In this document: piece by piece, positions 9,446 to 19,442 of the stretch
Layout of the letters: each line of letters opens with the position of its first letter
Position numbering within the stretch: the stretch's first letter is position 1
Origin: an uncultured Desulfovibrio sp.
GTDB taxonomy: Bacteria; Desulfobacterota; Desulfovibrionia; Desulfovibrionales; Desulfovibrionaceae
Length of the DNA stretch: 64,000 nt
Assembly: GCA_964402645.1 (NCBI GenBank)
Contig: CAYOCV010000012.1
Span: 36,622-100,621, forward strand
Direction: 5' to 3'
The notes under the pieces: model-generated
Databases searched by the model: none
What the model was told of the DNA's origin: nothing
The model's input: the letters and a program-made list of their open reading frames with translations, nothing else
Made by a program: the position numbers and the translations under genes

Positions 9446-9880
9446 TCAGTCCGCTCCCCGGACCGGGTCCAATCGTTCTTCCAGCAGGCGGGCAAACGCC
9501 CCCGCCAGCGCGGCGTCATCGGCAAGCGCGCGCCCGCTCACGGCCACGGCTCCCACGCACCGCCCGTCCGCACCCAGCAGGGGCACCCCGCCGGGCAGGC
9601 TTGTCAGCAAGGGGTCGCAGAAATCGGCCATGGTCAGGCCTCCGTCAAGCAGCCGCTTTCTGAAGGCTTCCGTGGTGGCGCGCATGCGCACTGCCGTGTA
9701 GGCCTTGGCGATGACGATGGGCACCAGCCGTTCCGGAGCCCCGTCCATGCGCACGAAGGCCAGCAGGTCGCCACTGCCGTCGGTTACGCACAGGCAGACC
9801 GGCAGGCCGCCGTCAGCACGGGCCAGGCGTTCTGCCTCCATGGTGGCGTGCAGCGCATCATCCAGCAGTATCGTGTGCAT
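9446..9880 (-). CDS. GlcG/HbpS-like (DUF336) protein
   Basis: C-terminal 144 aa of ORF 9446..10519 starting at MHTILLDDAL. Typical blocks are VCLCVTDGSGDLLAFVRMDGA, AKAYTAV and PGGVPL..DGRCVGAVAVSG. It starts 12 nt after the TRAP permease stop. Confidence 0.75.
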   Translation of the reverse strand: MHTILLDDALHATMEAERLARADGGLPVCLCVTDGSGDLLAFVRMDGAPERLVPIVIAKAYTAVRMRATTEAFRKRLLDGGLTMADFCDPLLTSLPGGVPLLGADGRCVGAVAVSGRALADDAALAGAFARLLEERLDPVRGAD

Positions 9881-9891
9881 GGCGGCCCCGC

Positions 9892-11820
9892 CTACAGCAG
9901 GCACAGCGAAATGGCCGGAATGTAGGTGATGGCCATGAGCAGCGCGATCATGGCGACCAGGAACGGCCAAGCCGCACGCACCACGTCGCCGATGCTCACC
10001 TTGCTGATGCTGCTGGCCACGAACAGGTTCACACCGACCGGCGGCGTGATGAAGCCGATGGCCAGGTTCACCACCATGACAACACCGAAGTGGATGGGAT
10101 CGACGCCCACCTGCGTCACCAGCGGCAGCAGGATGGGGGTGATGATCACGATGGCCGCCAGGGCCTCCATGAACGTGCCCACCCACAGCAGGAACACGTT
10201 GATCAGCAGCAGGATGGCGATCTTGTTGCTGGTCACGCCCAGGATCATGGCTGCGATATGGTCGGGCACCTGCTCGATGGTCATGATGTTGCCGAACAGG
10301 GTGGCCATGGCCATCAGCACGATGATCACCGACGAGGTCTGCGTCGATTCCACCATGCAGTCCCACATCCCGCGCCAGGTGATTTCGCGGTAGATGAACA
10401 GGCCCACGATCATGCCGTACAGCGCGGATACCGCCGCCGCCTCGGTGGGCGTCATGATGCCGCCGTAAATGCCGCCCAGCACGATGACCGGGACCAGCAG
10501 CGCCCACTTGGCTTCCCACATGGCCTGCGCCACAGAACGGAAGTCACGGCGCCGCGCCTCGCCGCGCCAGCCTTTTTTCAACGAGATGTAGTAGGCCACC
10601 GCCATGAGCGCCAACCCGCACAGCACCCCGGGCACGATGCCTGCCAGGAACAGCTTGCCCACCGAAGCCTGCGCGGCCACGCCGTACACCACAAAGGGGT
10701 TGCTGGGCGGAATCATCACGCCGATGCACCCGGCGGACGCCACCACCGCAGCCGCGAAGAACTTGTCGTAGCCGCGCTCGACCATGGCCGGAATGGTGAT
10801 GCTGCCGATGGCCGCCACCGTGGCCGGGCCAGAACCGCTGATGGCGGCAAAGAACATGCACGTCACGATGGTGGCCAGCGCCATGCCGCCGGGCAGTGCG
10901 CCCACCAGTTCATCGCCCAGGGCCAGCAGGCGGCGCGAAAGCCCGCCCGCGCCCATGAACACCCCGGCGGCGATAAAGAACGGAATGGCCAGGATGGGAA
11001 AGCTGTCGATGGACACGAACGCAACCTGCGCCAGGTATTCCAGGGGCAGCGTGCCCGCGCCGAGCACCGTGGCGATGGTGGCAAGGCCCAGCGAAAAGGC
11101 GATGGGCACCCCGATCAGCAGGAACAGCACGAAGTAGCCGAACAGCAGCCACACCGCACTCCACTGGTCGGAAAGCAGCACCGGCAGGAACAGCAGCGCG
11201 CCGCAGGCAATGCCGCCCACCACGTCCAGGGCGGGCATGGTGCGCGCCTGCCGCCACATGTCCTGCACGGTGCGCAGGGTCATGAGGAAGAACCCCACCG
11301 GCAGGATCAGGTACGGAATGAAGTACTTGATGCCCATGGCGGGCGTGGTCTGGGGCATGGCGAGTTGCATCTGCACATGGCCGAACCCCATGTAGCAAAG
11401 CGCCCCCGTGAGCACCAGCGTACAAGACCCCACCACGACCCACGCCACGTCTTGCAGGCGCGGCGGCAGTTTTGCGCACAGCACGTCCACCCGGATGTTG
11501 CTGCGCTTCATGATGGCCACGGGAACGGCAAGATAGGAAATCCAGATGAACAGATAGCGGGAGAGTTCTTCTGACCAGACCGACCAGCCGATGATGCGTT
11601 GCAACCCGGCTTTCAGCCCCGCGACGTCGATGAACCTGGCAAGAAAGGTTACCGTGCCCGCGTCGTTGAGCATTTCGTTAATCGTGGCCATGGAATAGCG
11701 AAAACCCGTCTGGTAGGTGATGGTCAGGATCATGACCATCAGCCCCAGCACCAGAAAGGGCTTTTCCAGCCACTCGTTGACGGCGGTCCAGGAGAATGTG
11801 TTTCGTTCAGACATGTGCAT
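9892..11820 (-). CDS. TRAP transporter fused small+large permease (DctQ-DctM fusion)
   Basis: This 642-aa polytopic membrane protein has a DctQ-like N-terminal 4-TM region followed by a DctM-like 12-TM region. It sits directly downstream of a DctP gene. Confidence 0.9.
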   Translation of the reverse strand: MHMSERNTFSWTAVNEWLEKPFLVLGLMVMILTITYQTGFRYSMATINEMLNDAGTVTFLARFIDVAGLKAGLQRIIGWSVWSEELSRYLFIWISYLAVPVAIMKRSNIRVDVLCAKLPPRLQDVAWVVVGSCTLVLTGALCYMGFGHVQMQLAMPQTTPAMGIKYFIPYLILPVGFFLMTLRTVQDMWRQARTMPALDVVGGIACGALLFLPVLLSDQWSAVWLLFGYFVLFLLIGVPIAFSLGLATIATVLGAGTLPLEYLAQVAFVSIDSFPILAIPFFIAAGVFMGAGGLSRRLLALGDELVGALPGGMALATIVTCMFFAAISGSGPATVAAIGSITIPAMVERGYDKFFAAAVVASAGCIGVMIPPSNPFVVYGVAAQASVGKLFLAGIVPGVLCGLALMAVAYYISLKKGWRGEARRRDFRSVAQAMWEAKWALLVPVIVLGGIYGGIMTPTEAAAVSALYGMIVGLFIYREITWRGMWDCMVESTQTSSVIIVLMAMATLFGNIMTIEQVPDHIAAMILGVTSNKIAILLLINVFLLWVGTFMEALAAIVIITPILLPLVTQVGVDPIHFGVVMVVNLAIGFITPPVGVNLFVASSISKVSIGDVVRAAWPFLVAMIALLMAITYIPAISLCLL

Positions 11821-11897
11821 GGTCTCCGGAATATGGCGGGCGGACAGGAAAATGGGGGGAGGCTCGCCCCTCCCCCCGACGGACCGGGCACGCAGTG

Positions 11898-12905
11898 TTA
11901 CTTCTGCGTGTCCTGCACGAGCTTGATCAGTTCAGCGGGAAGGGTGACGGTGTCCCACACCGGGCGGGTGAGCTTTCGGAATTCGTCGATCTCCGCATCG
12001 GTGGCGTCATGGATGGCAATGCCCGCCTTGACGAAGCCTTCACGGGCGGCCTTTTCGTTTGCGGGGTACAGCACATCGCGCTGGTACTGGGTGGCCTCGC
12101 GGGCGGCTTCGTTGATGACCTGCTTGGCGGCGTCGGGCAGCGCATCCCACCACCCCTTGTTGGCCATGGCGACCTGCATGCAGTAGTTGTGGGCCGAGGT
12201 AATGGCGTACTTCAGCACTTCGTGGTGCTTGGCGCCGAACAGATGGGGAAAGGTATTGCCTTCGGCGTCAATGGTGCCCTGTTGCAGGGCGGTGTACACT
12301 TCGCCCCAGGCGATGGGCGACGGGTTGGTGTTCAGCGCCTTGGCCACGCCCACTTCCACGGGCGAATCGGTGGTGCGCATCTTCAGCCCGGCAAGGTCAG
12401 CAGCCTTGTTCAGCGGGCGCTTTACCGAAACGAAGTGGCGGTAGCCGTATTCCGCGTACATGACGGGCTGCAGGCCCACATCGTTGGCCACCTTCAGGAA
12501 GTAGTCGTACAGCGCGCCGCCCGGATCGATGGCGGCGTACAGGCTTTTCTGGAACTTGGGCGAGGTGATGTAGGGCAGGTCGAACACCGAATACAGCTTG
12601 GAGAAGTTGGCGAGGTTCGGGGTAGAGCTGACGCCGATTTCCAGGGTGCCCTTCTGCGCCCCCTCAACCAGCACGCGGTCACTGCCCAGAATGGCGTTGG
12701 GGAACACCTGCACGGTAATCTTGCCGCCGGACTTTTCCGCCACCAGATCCGCAAACTTCTGATAAGCCAGGGTGATATGGTTGCCAGGAGGCGTAGTGTG
12801 CGCCAGGCGGAACTTGATTTTCGGACCGTCATAGGCCGCCATGGCGGGCGCGGCCAGAACTGCCGTCACAAGCAACGCTACTGCCAGCATGACTGCTCTT
12901 TTCAT
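11898..12905 (-). CDS. TRAP transporter substrate-binding protein (DctP family)
   Basis: Signal peptide MKRAVMLAVALLVTAVLAAPAMA, then DctP blocks (KFRLAHTTPPGNH, FPNAILGSDRVLVEGAQKGTLE). ATG at 12905 is preceded by GGAGAG. Confidence 0.9.
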   Translation of the reverse strand: MKRAVMLAVALLVTAVLAAPAMAAYDGPKIKFRLAHTTPPGNHITLAYQKFADLVAEKSGGKITVQVFPNAILGSDRVLVEGAQKGTLEIGVSSTPNLANFSKLYSVFDLPYITSPKFQKSLYAAIDPGGALYDYFLKVANDVGLQPVMYAEYGYRHFVSVKRPLNKAADLAGLKMRTTDSPVEVGVAKALNTNPSPIAWGEVYTALQQGTIDAEGNTFPHLFGAKHHEVLKYAITSAHNYCMQVAMANKGWWDALPDAAKQVINEAAREATQYQRDVLYPANEKAAREGFVKAGIAIHDATDAEIDEFRKLTRPVWDTVTLPAELIKLVQDTQK

Positions 12906-13070
12906 GGATTCTCTCCTTGTGCTACACGGTTCACCATCATCGACCATGCGCATCACATGCCCATGACCGATATGATACAGTTCATTCTGTTTTCATGATG
13001 CTGTATCCTTCAGGCCTCTGCGCGATCTACGTCCCCCCGGCCAGGGGCGGCGCGTTCTGGGCGAGTAAGT

Positions 13071-13086
13071 TGCAACCCACATGCCG
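13071..13086 (-). promoter_or_regulatory. Candidate sigma-54 (-24/-12) promoter for the TRAP operon
   Basis: The minus strand reads CGGCATGTGGGTTGCA, with GG and GC at the canonical 10-nt spacing. It is about 165 nt upstream of the dctP start, and a PAS/sigma-54 activator is encoded divergently. Confidence 0.5.
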
Positions 13087-13369
13087 CAACTTGGGATTTT
13101 TGGAACAAATAAAAAACACCCTGCGAATCCGCGCTGTTATAATTCCACAGCGACGGACGACAGAAGAATGATGCGGCGCATTGACCTTGAAATCGTCCAG
13201 ACAACCAGACACTTTTTTGCAATAGCGCCGGTTTGCCATACGCCTGTGCGAACAACTGGTGGCCATGGGGCGAAAAAGACCATAAAAACAGAAGTGCCTG
13301 CTCACGCCCTTTTATGCACATGTGCTTCTTGGCACGCAATGTAAAGCCATACTGCAAACAGGATTACGC

Positions 13370-14791
13370 ATGTCAAAAATCCATGATGCTATAAACAGCA
13401 ACGCAGTGTCATTTCTGGTGTTCGACCATTTGCCAATGGGTGTTCTGTATTGCGATGCAGACTACGTGATCCGCTTTGCTAACAAGGCCTATGCCGAATT
13501 GCTGGGCAAGCGACCGCAAGACCTCATCGGCAAGAACATCACCGAAGTCATTCCATCGTCACGCGCGCCCGAAGTAATGCATACCGGCAAGGCAGAAATG
13601 GGCGATCTGTGCAGCATCCCCGGCCCCAGAGCCGACCAGAAGCTGGTGGTCAACCGCATTCCCGTGCGCGATGACGCAGGCTCGCTGGTGGGCATGATCT
13701 CGCAGGCCATCTTCAATGATCCCAGCGAATTAAAGCGTCTTTCCAACAAGATAGACCAGCTTGGGCAAAAGCTCAGCCAGTACAAGCGGCGCATGGCCGC
13801 CACGCTGCATGCCCAGTATTCGCTTGCCAGCCTGAAGGGGGACAGCGCCCCCATGCGCCAGATCCGCGACCGGCTGCGCAGCTACGCCCGCATGGACGCG
13901 CCGGTTCTCGTCCTGGGCGCGACCGGCACGGGCAAGGAACTGGCCGCCCACGCCCTGCATGCCGAAAGCAAGCGCGCGGCCGGGCCACTGGTCAGCATCA
14001 ACTGCGCGGCCATCCCCAAGGATCTCTTTGAATCCGAACTGTTCGGGTACGTGCGCGGGGCTTTTTCGGGCGCGCATCACGGCGGGAAAATGGGCCAGAT
14101 AGAACTGGCCGACGGCGGCACCCTGTTTCTGGACGAAATAGGGGACATGCCCCTTCAGGCGCAGGCAAAGCTGCTGCGCGTGCTGGAAAGCCGCACCATC
14201 TGCCGCGTGGGCGCGGTGACGGCGGAACCCGTGGACTTTCGCCTCATCGCCGCCACCAACCGCGACATCAAGGACATGGTGCGCGACGGCTCGTTCCGCG
14301 AAGACCTTTATTACCGCATCAACACCTTCATCATAGAAATTCCCTCATTGCGCGACAGGGCAGACGACATCCTGCCCCTGGCGCACCATTTCCTTGCGAA
14401 AATGGGCCACGACGATCTGACCTTCACCCCCGCTGCCGCTGCCGCGCTGCACGCGTTCGAGTGGCCCGGCAACATCCGGCAATTGCACAACGCCATCCTG
14501 CATGCCGCCACCATGCGCGAGGGCAACGCCATAGACGTCTGCGCGCTGCCGCCGGAAATACGTCCGGCCCACGCGGCCCCGGCGGCATCCTGCCCGCCGC
14601 CGCAAGACCACAACGGCCTTGCGGAAATTCTGGCGCACAGCGAGGCCGCGCTTATAGAAACCGCCCTGCGCGAGCAGGGCGGAAACGTCACCAAGGCCGC
14701 GTCGGCACTGGGTGTTTCGCGGGCTACCTTGTATGAGAAAATGAAGAAACACGGCGTCCGGGCCGTGCGGACCCGCGACGACAAGGCGTGA
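13370..14791 (+). CDS. Sigma-54-dependent transcriptional activator with N-terminal PAS sensor (no receiver domain)
   Basis: PAS region (VLYCDADYVIRFANKAYAELLG). AAA+ domain with LVLGATGTGKE, ESELFGY, GAFSGA and LFLDEIGDM. C-terminal Fis-type HTH AASALGVSRATLYEKMKK. Start at MSKIHD (13370). Confidence 0.9.
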   Translation: MSKIHDAINSNAVSFLVFDHLPMGVLYCDADYVIRFANKAYAELLGKRPQDLIGKNITEVIPSSRAPEVMHTGKAEMGDLCSIPGPRADQKLVVNRIPVRDDAGSLVGMISQAIFNDPSELKRLSNKIDQLGQKLSQYKRRMAATLHAQYSLASLKGDSAPMRQIRDRLRSYARMDAPVLVLGATGTGKELAAHALHAESKRAAGPLVSINCAAIPKDLFESELFGYVRGAFSGAHHGGKMGQIELADGGTLFLDEIGDMPLQAQAKLLRVLESRTICRVGAVTAEPVDFRLIAATNRDIKDMVRDGSFREDLYYRINTFIIEIPSLRDRADDILPLAHHFLAKMGHDDLTFTPAAAAALHAFEWPGNIRQLHNAILHAATMREGNAIDVCALPPEIRPAHAAPAASCPPPQDHNGLAEILAHSEAALIETALREQGGNVTKAASALGVSRATLYEKMKKHGVRAVRTRDDKA

Positions 14792-14840
14792 TTGGCCAGA
14801 AGCGGTAAACAGGCAGGCCCGCCAGCAAATGCACCACGCA

Positions 14841-14870
14841 ACAGGCCCGCCCCACAAGGGACGGGCCTGT
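14841..14870 (+). terminator. Hairpin plus T-rich tract after the activator gene
   Basis: The stem is acaggcccg....cgggcctgt, followed by ctttcttcc. Confidence 0.5.
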
Positions 14871-14936
14871 CTTTCTTCCTATCCTGATGCAGCATCGCCC
14901 GGCGCGAAAAGCCCGCGCCGGGCAACGCCTGCGCGG

Positions 14937-16679
14937 CTACTTGGGGAAGTGCCGCTTGTCCAGGTGCTCGTACTTGGGCAGATGCCGGGTGGGCAGGGCC
15001 AGGGCGTCGCGCCGGAAGGGCGGGGCCAGGCGCGTGCCGTCGGTCATGATTTCGATGACCGAGGGCTTGCGGCTCTTGCGGGCGGCGTCCAGGGCATCGG
15101 CCAGGTCTGCCTGGGTGTTCACCTTGTAGCCCACGGCGCCCATGGCTTCCGCGATCTTGGCGTAGGAGTTGGACCAGATGTCCGCGCCCACGAAGCGGTT
15201 GTTGTAGAAGTCCACCTGGTTCTTCTTTTCCGCGCACCAGGCCCCGTTGTTGTACACGGTGGCGATGACCGGCAGGTTGTACTGCACGGCGGTGGGCACC
15301 TCGAACAGGCTCATGCCCCAGGCGCCGTCACCCACGATGGCCACCACCTGGTCTTCGGGGCAGGCCAGTTGCGCGCCCAGACCCGCCTGATAGGCGAAGC
15401 CGGTGTTGCCGAACGTCAGCGTGGAGATGTGACGCTTGGCGTTGCGGAAACGCAGGTAGCTGTTGGCCGTGGACGAGGTGTTGCCGATGTCCGTGGTGGC
15501 GATGGCGTTGTGCTCGGTAACGAAGCGGCCCACCACCTCCAGCGCCTTGCGCGGATGCATGCAGCCATCCTGCACCGGTTCGTCGGCAATGGCGGCGATT
15601 TCCTTGTACCAGTCTGCCAGCTCGGCCTTGACCATGCCGTACACGGCGTCGTCACGCTTGGGGTTCGGCATGGCTTCGCGCACGCGGGCCAGCAGTTCCA
15701 CCGAGGCGTCCCTGGCGTCGGCGCACAGGCCCACGGCCACGGGATGGGTCTTGGCGATGTGGCGGGGGTTGATGTCGATCTGGACGATCTTGGCGGTCTT
15801 CGGGAAGTAGTTGATGTCGTACTGCGGCAGCGTGCCGAAGTAGGACAGCCGGGTGCCGATGGCCAGGATGACGTCGGCCTGCTGCAGGATGCGCATGGCA
15901 GCCTTGGACCCCATGTACCCGATGGGACCGGTCCACAGCGGATGGTCGCAGGGGAAGGCGTCGTTGTGCAGGTAGGTGCAGGCCACCGGGGCGTTGAGGT
16001 GCTCGGCCAGGGCCTTCACCGTTTCCAGCGCGCCGGAATCCACCACGCCGCGACCAGACACGATGACCGGGCGCTTGGCCGACTTCAGCACTTCCACCGC
16101 GTCGCGGAATTGTTCGGGATTGCCGATGCCCCCGGGGGCCACGCGGTACTGCGACGGGGCCAGAATGTCTTCGTCCAGTTCGCCATAAAAGTAGTCGCGC
16201 GGAATATCCACCAGCACCGGGCCGCGTTCGGCGTAGGCGATGCGGAAAGCGGTGCGCAGGATGTCGGCGGCGCGCTTGGGATGCGGCACGCGCAGCGACG
16301 CCTTGGTGATGGGCTTGAACAGATTCCAGGTGTCGCATTCCTGAAAGCCGTCCCAGCCCACCGAAATGCTGCCCGCGCTGGGGGACAGGACGACCATGGG
16401 CGTGTGGGCCATGTTGGCCGTGGCCACCGCCGTGACGTAGTTGGTGATGCCGGGGCCGTTCTGGCCAATGACCACACCGGCCCTTCCGGTCATGCGGGTG
16501 AATGCGTCTTCCATGTGCCCGGCGGTCTGTTCGTGCCGGACGGAAATGAAATCAATCCCCGCAGCGGGGAAAAGGTCCAGCAGATCCATGAAGGCCGACC
16601 CTAGAATGCCGCTGACGTGCGTGACGCCTTCCTGCACAAGGACTTCAGCCATTGCTTCACTGGGGGTCATCTTGGGCAT
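14937..16679 (-). CDS. xsc: Sulfoacetaldehyde acetyltransferase-like thiamine-diphosphate enzyme
   Basis: This 580-aa protein is of the acetolactate-synthase superfamily. The N-terminus [39 protein letters not shown] closely resembles the Xsc signature as I recall it (IIGSAFM..DLFP.AGI..; [13 protein letters not shown]). The ThDP motif is GDGAWGMS...NNGAW. AAGGAG lies 6 nt before the ATG at 16679. Confidence 0.7.
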   Translation of the reverse strand: MPKMTPSEAMAEVLVQEGVTHVSGILGSAFMDLLDLFPAAGIDFISVRHEQTAGHMEDAFTRMTGRAGVVIGQNGPGITNYVTAVATANMAHTPMVVLSPSAGSISVGWDGFQECDTWNLFKPITKASLRVPHPKRAADILRTAFRIAYAERGPVLVDIPRDYFYGELDEDILAPSQYRVAPGGIGNPEQFRDAVEVLKSAKRPVIVSGRGVVDSGALETVKALAEHLNAPVACTYLHNDAFPCDHPLWTGPIGYMGSKAAMRILQQADVILAIGTRLSYFGTLPQYDINYFPKTAKIVQIDINPRHIAKTHPVAVGLCADARDASVELLARVREAMPNPKRDDAVYGMVKAELADWYKEIAAIADEPVQDGCMHPRKALEVVGRFVTEHNAIATTDIGNTSSTANSYLRFRNAKRHISTLTFGNTGFAYQAGLGAQLACPEDQVVAIVGDGAWGMSLFEVPTAVQYNLPVIATVYNNGAWCAEKKNQVDFYNNRFVGADIWSNSYAKIAEAMGAVGYKVNTQADLADALDAARKSRKPSVIEIMTDGTRLAPPFRRDALALPTRHLPKYEHLDKRHFPK

Positions 16680-16780
16680 GATGTGCTCCTTGAAAGTGTA
16701 AAATCACGCTGTCGGATGTCCGGCCGGTAGACATCCGTCCATCCCGACTAACGGGTGGAGCCAGTGTGTCCCCCCCTTGT

Positions 16781-16796
16781 TGCAAAACATGCGCCC
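16781..16796 (-). promoter_or_regulatory. Weak candidate sigma-54 promoter upstream of xsc
   Basis: The minus strand reads GGGCGCATGTTTTGCA. GG/GC spacing is correct and the -24 element is imperfect. It is about 100 nt upstream of the xsc ATG. Confidence 0.35.
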
Positions 16797-17043
16797 AACA
16801 CGCACCAACAAAACAACACACTGATATTGAACATGTTTTTTGCAAATCTGCTTTGTGCGGCATCACTCCTCCACGCAGACTGTCCAGACATCCATACAGT
16901 CTGCGAATAGCCGTCTGATTGCTCCGACACTCCTTGGTTAACGCCTTCCGATCTTCTCTCCATCTTGACACGCACGCCCTGCCGGGGCACCTCCCCCGTA
17001 CCGGCGGCCTGCTTCCCCAGTCCCTGCTCCCACATGTTCCCGC

Positions 17044-17583
17044 ATGCTCCCGCATGCTCCCACTGTCCCCGCAGGGCCGCCGCCACCGTCACCCACAGGA
17101 GATTCCGTGGCCCGCAAACGCCCCCGCAAGCCTTCACCGCCGTTGCCGCCGCCGCGCGCATCGTCGCGACTGTACGCGCGCATCGCGCCCCGGCACATCG
17201 CCATGTTCCGCTTTCTGCTGGAGGCGCAGGACAACCTGGGCTACATGACCGTGCTTGATCGCGGGGTCGGGGGGATCGGGTGGGCCGGGGGCGCGGACGA
17301 CAACGGTGTGACCGGCAACGGTCCTGACGGCAGCAGCACGGAAGGGGACGGACGCCCCGCAGAGGGCGGCACCTCCGGCGCACCTTCCGGCGGCACCTCA
17401 GACATCTCCCCCGCCAACAGGGCCAAGGGTACCGCCGCACCCGGTGTGGACGCGGTGCTCAAGATCGTGTTTTCGCCCCATCAGGAACGGGAGATGCGCG
17501 CCTTTCTCGACGGCATGCGCGCCACCATTCCCTTCACGGTCTTCGAGTCGCCGTTGCGCGGGCAGGCCGGGCCGGTGAGATAA
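17044..17583 (+). CDS. DUF4911-like small protein split by a Gly/Thr/Ser-rich insertion
   Basis: The conserved-looking ends are YARIAPRHIAMFRFLLEAQDNLGYMTVLD and AVLKIVFSPHQEREMRAFLDGM, separated by low complexity. The start is uncertain (ATG 17044 or GTG 17107). The family call is from memory. Confidence 0.5.
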   Translation: MLPHAPTVPAGPPPPSPTGDSVARKRPRKPSPPLPPPRASSRLYARIAPRHIAMFRFLLEAQDNLGYMTVLDRGVGGIGWAGGADDNGVTGNGPDGSSTEGDGRPAEGGTSGAPSGGTSDISPANRAKGTAAPGVDAVLKIVFSPHQEREMRAFLDGMRATIPFTVFESPLRGQAGPVR

Positions 17584-17597
17584 CGTCAGCGGCGAGG

Positions 17598-17646
17598 CTG
17601 GCAGGTCTGGCCGGACTGGCAGGCCTGGCCGGACTGGCGCGGCAGG
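17598..17646. repeat. 18-bp tandem repeat (about 2.7 copies of CTGGCAGGYCTGGCCGGA)
   Basis: Read directly, immediately downstream of the 17583 stop. Confidence 0.7.
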
Positions 17647-17711
17647 CACATAACAGCCACAACAGGCACACTGGGGCCGACGTTCCGCCCCCTTGCCCAT
17701 GCAGCCATGAC

Positions 17712-17752
17712 AAACGAGCGGGGCGCACCGACATGGTGCGCCCCGCTCGTTT
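17712..17752. terminator. Bidirectional terminator-like perfect 18-bp hairpin between convergent genes
   Basis: aaacgagcggggcgcacc-gacat-ggtgcgccccgctcgttt, followed by gtttc. An A-run and a T-run are built into the stem ends. Confidence 0.7.
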
Positions 17753-17786
17753 GTTTCTGCCTTGGCAGACCCTTTCCGCGTTTCCT

Positions 17787-19322
17787 TCAGAACAGCGTGC
17801 CCTGTTCCCCCGCCCCGCCGCGCAGCGCCTGCATGCGCCGGATGTACGCGCCCACGTCGAACTTGGAGCGCGCACCGTTGTAGGTCATGGAGCGTATGGT
17901 TCCCTGCACGGGCCGCTCGCCCCACGGGCGATCATGTACGCCCCCTGCTGACCATGCAATGCCGGTGTAGCCGTTGCTGTCGCGGCCATCCAGAAAGTAG
18001 CGGTCGTTCAGGGCCACGGCCACGCGCACGGCGTCTTCGGGCGTGGGCGACCACAGCAGTATCTGCTTGGCCCAGTACATGCGCAGGTAGCCGTGCATGC
18101 GCCCGGTAACCACCATTTCGGTCTGGGCCGCGTTCCATAGCGGGTCCGCCGTGCGCGCGGCCTCCAGTTGGGCTTCGGCATACAGGGCCGGGCGCTGATC
18201 GCTGCGGTGCTTGTCCAGCGTGGCGCGCGCCCAGTCGGGAAAGCAGGTGACAGCGTCGTAGTCCTGCGCGTGCAGGCAGAAATTGTCGGCCAGTTCGCGC
18301 CGCACGATCAGTTCTTCCAGAAACGAGGCCCGGCACTCGTCCGGCGCTTCGACATGAGCCTGAGCCGCCAGCGCAACCCGCTGGGCGGACAGCATGCCGA
18401 AGTGCAGGTACGGCGAAAGGCCGGACACGCCGCCCGCGTTGGGATCGTTGCGCAGGTGGTAGCGGTGCAGGCGGGAATGGATGAAGTCGTCCAGCGTGGC
18501 GCGGGCCGCGTCTTCTCCGGGAGTGATGTCCGCTATGCCCGGCAGCGGACCCACCTCGCCCACGCTGCGGTCCACGGGCAGGTTGTCGCGCAGGGACGCC
18601 CAGTCCACCTCGGGAACCGGCAGCGGCCATGGGGGACCAGATACGGAGGATACGCCCGTCTCGCCAGACGCGCCGGTCGTAAAACCCTCGGGCGGCAGCG
18701 CGGGGATGGGGGTGAGGAATTCCGGCAACAGGCGATGGATTTTTGGGCGCAGGGTGCGGGCCGCGTATTCGCGCTTGGGCGATGCCGCCCGGCAGGGCAC
18801 CACGTTGCGGGCATCCACCTCGTGCAGGGGGCAGAACCTGTCCAGTCCGCGCGCTGCGGACGCCAGCCACGCCCGCTTCACCCGCAGCACGTCGAAGTCC
18901 GTGACCACCAGCGACGCGCCCACCGCGCGGGCGTACTCCACCACTTCTTCCGGCGGGTTGCCGCGCAGCACCACAAGGGGAATGCCCGCCGACGCAAGAT
19001 GACGCCGGGTTTCCTCCATCCCGCGCAGCAAAAAGCCGAACTGGCGAATGGTGGCCCCCAGAAAGCTGTTCGCCAGGCACCACACCACGGCCAGCGGCGC
19101 GCCCAGCCGGGCCGCCTCTGCATGGGCATACAGCAGCGCCCAGTTGTCGCGGGCGCGGTGTTCGCGGTGCATCCAGTACAGCACCGGGCCATCCGCTGGC
19201 TTGTGCCCCGATGTTGCGCCCGGTGCCGGAGGTGTGGCGGGTCCGCCATGCATGCCCACCACGCGGCGAGGGTCCACGACCAGCGAAAGACCCGACGGAG
19301 TGTACGCGTCCTGCGGCTTCAT
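17787..19322 (-). CDS. Class II CPD deoxyribodipyrimidine photolyase
   Basis: N-terminal LYWMHREHRARDNWALLYA matches the class II signature (YWMxRDxRxxDNWAL). It has a FAD-binding C-terminal domain (WNAAQTEMVVTGRMHGYLRMYWAK). Confidence 0.85.
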   Translation of the reverse strand: MKPQDAYTPSGLSLVVDPRRVVGMHGGPATPPAPGATSGHKPADGPVLYWMHREHRARDNWALLYAHAEAARLGAPLAVVWCLANSFLGATIRQFGFLLRGMEETRRHLASAGIPLVVLRGNPPEEVVEYARAVGASLVVTDFDVLRVKRAWLASAARGLDRFCPLHEVDARNVVPCRAASPKREYAARTLRPKIHRLLPEFLTPIPALPPEGFTTGASGETGVSSVSGPPWPLPVPEVDWASLRDNLPVDRSVGEVGPLPGIADITPGEDAARATLDDFIHSRLHRYHLRNDPNAGGVSGLSPYLHFGMLSAQRVALAAQAHVEAPDECRASFLEELIVRRELADNFCLHAQDYDAVTCFPDWARATLDKHRSDQRPALYAEAQLEAARTADPLWNAAQTEMVVTGRMHGYLRMYWAKQILLWSPTPEDAVRVAVALNDRYFLDGRDSNGYTGIAWSAGGVHDRPWGERPVQGTIRSMTYNGARSKFDVGAYIRRMQALRGGAGEQGTLF

Positions 19323-19442
19323 GGCATCCTCCCTTCCCCCGTGGGGCTGCCGCCCACGCCGCGACAGTGCCGCACCGGGCAGGCAGGACGGACAGCACTG
19401 CCGGGACCGGCCAGAGCAGCCGCGACCAGCCAGAGATGGCGG

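Noticed and set aside
16781-16794. An identical 14-mer TGCAAAACATGCGC at 16781 (xsc upstream) and 51009 (AT-rich tract before the candidate RNA), considered as a shared regulatory site.
   Set aside because: A rough expectation for exact 14-mer matches between any two positions and strands in 64 kb is of order ten under uniform composition. A single shared 14-mer is therefore not significant by itself, and it is noted only as context.
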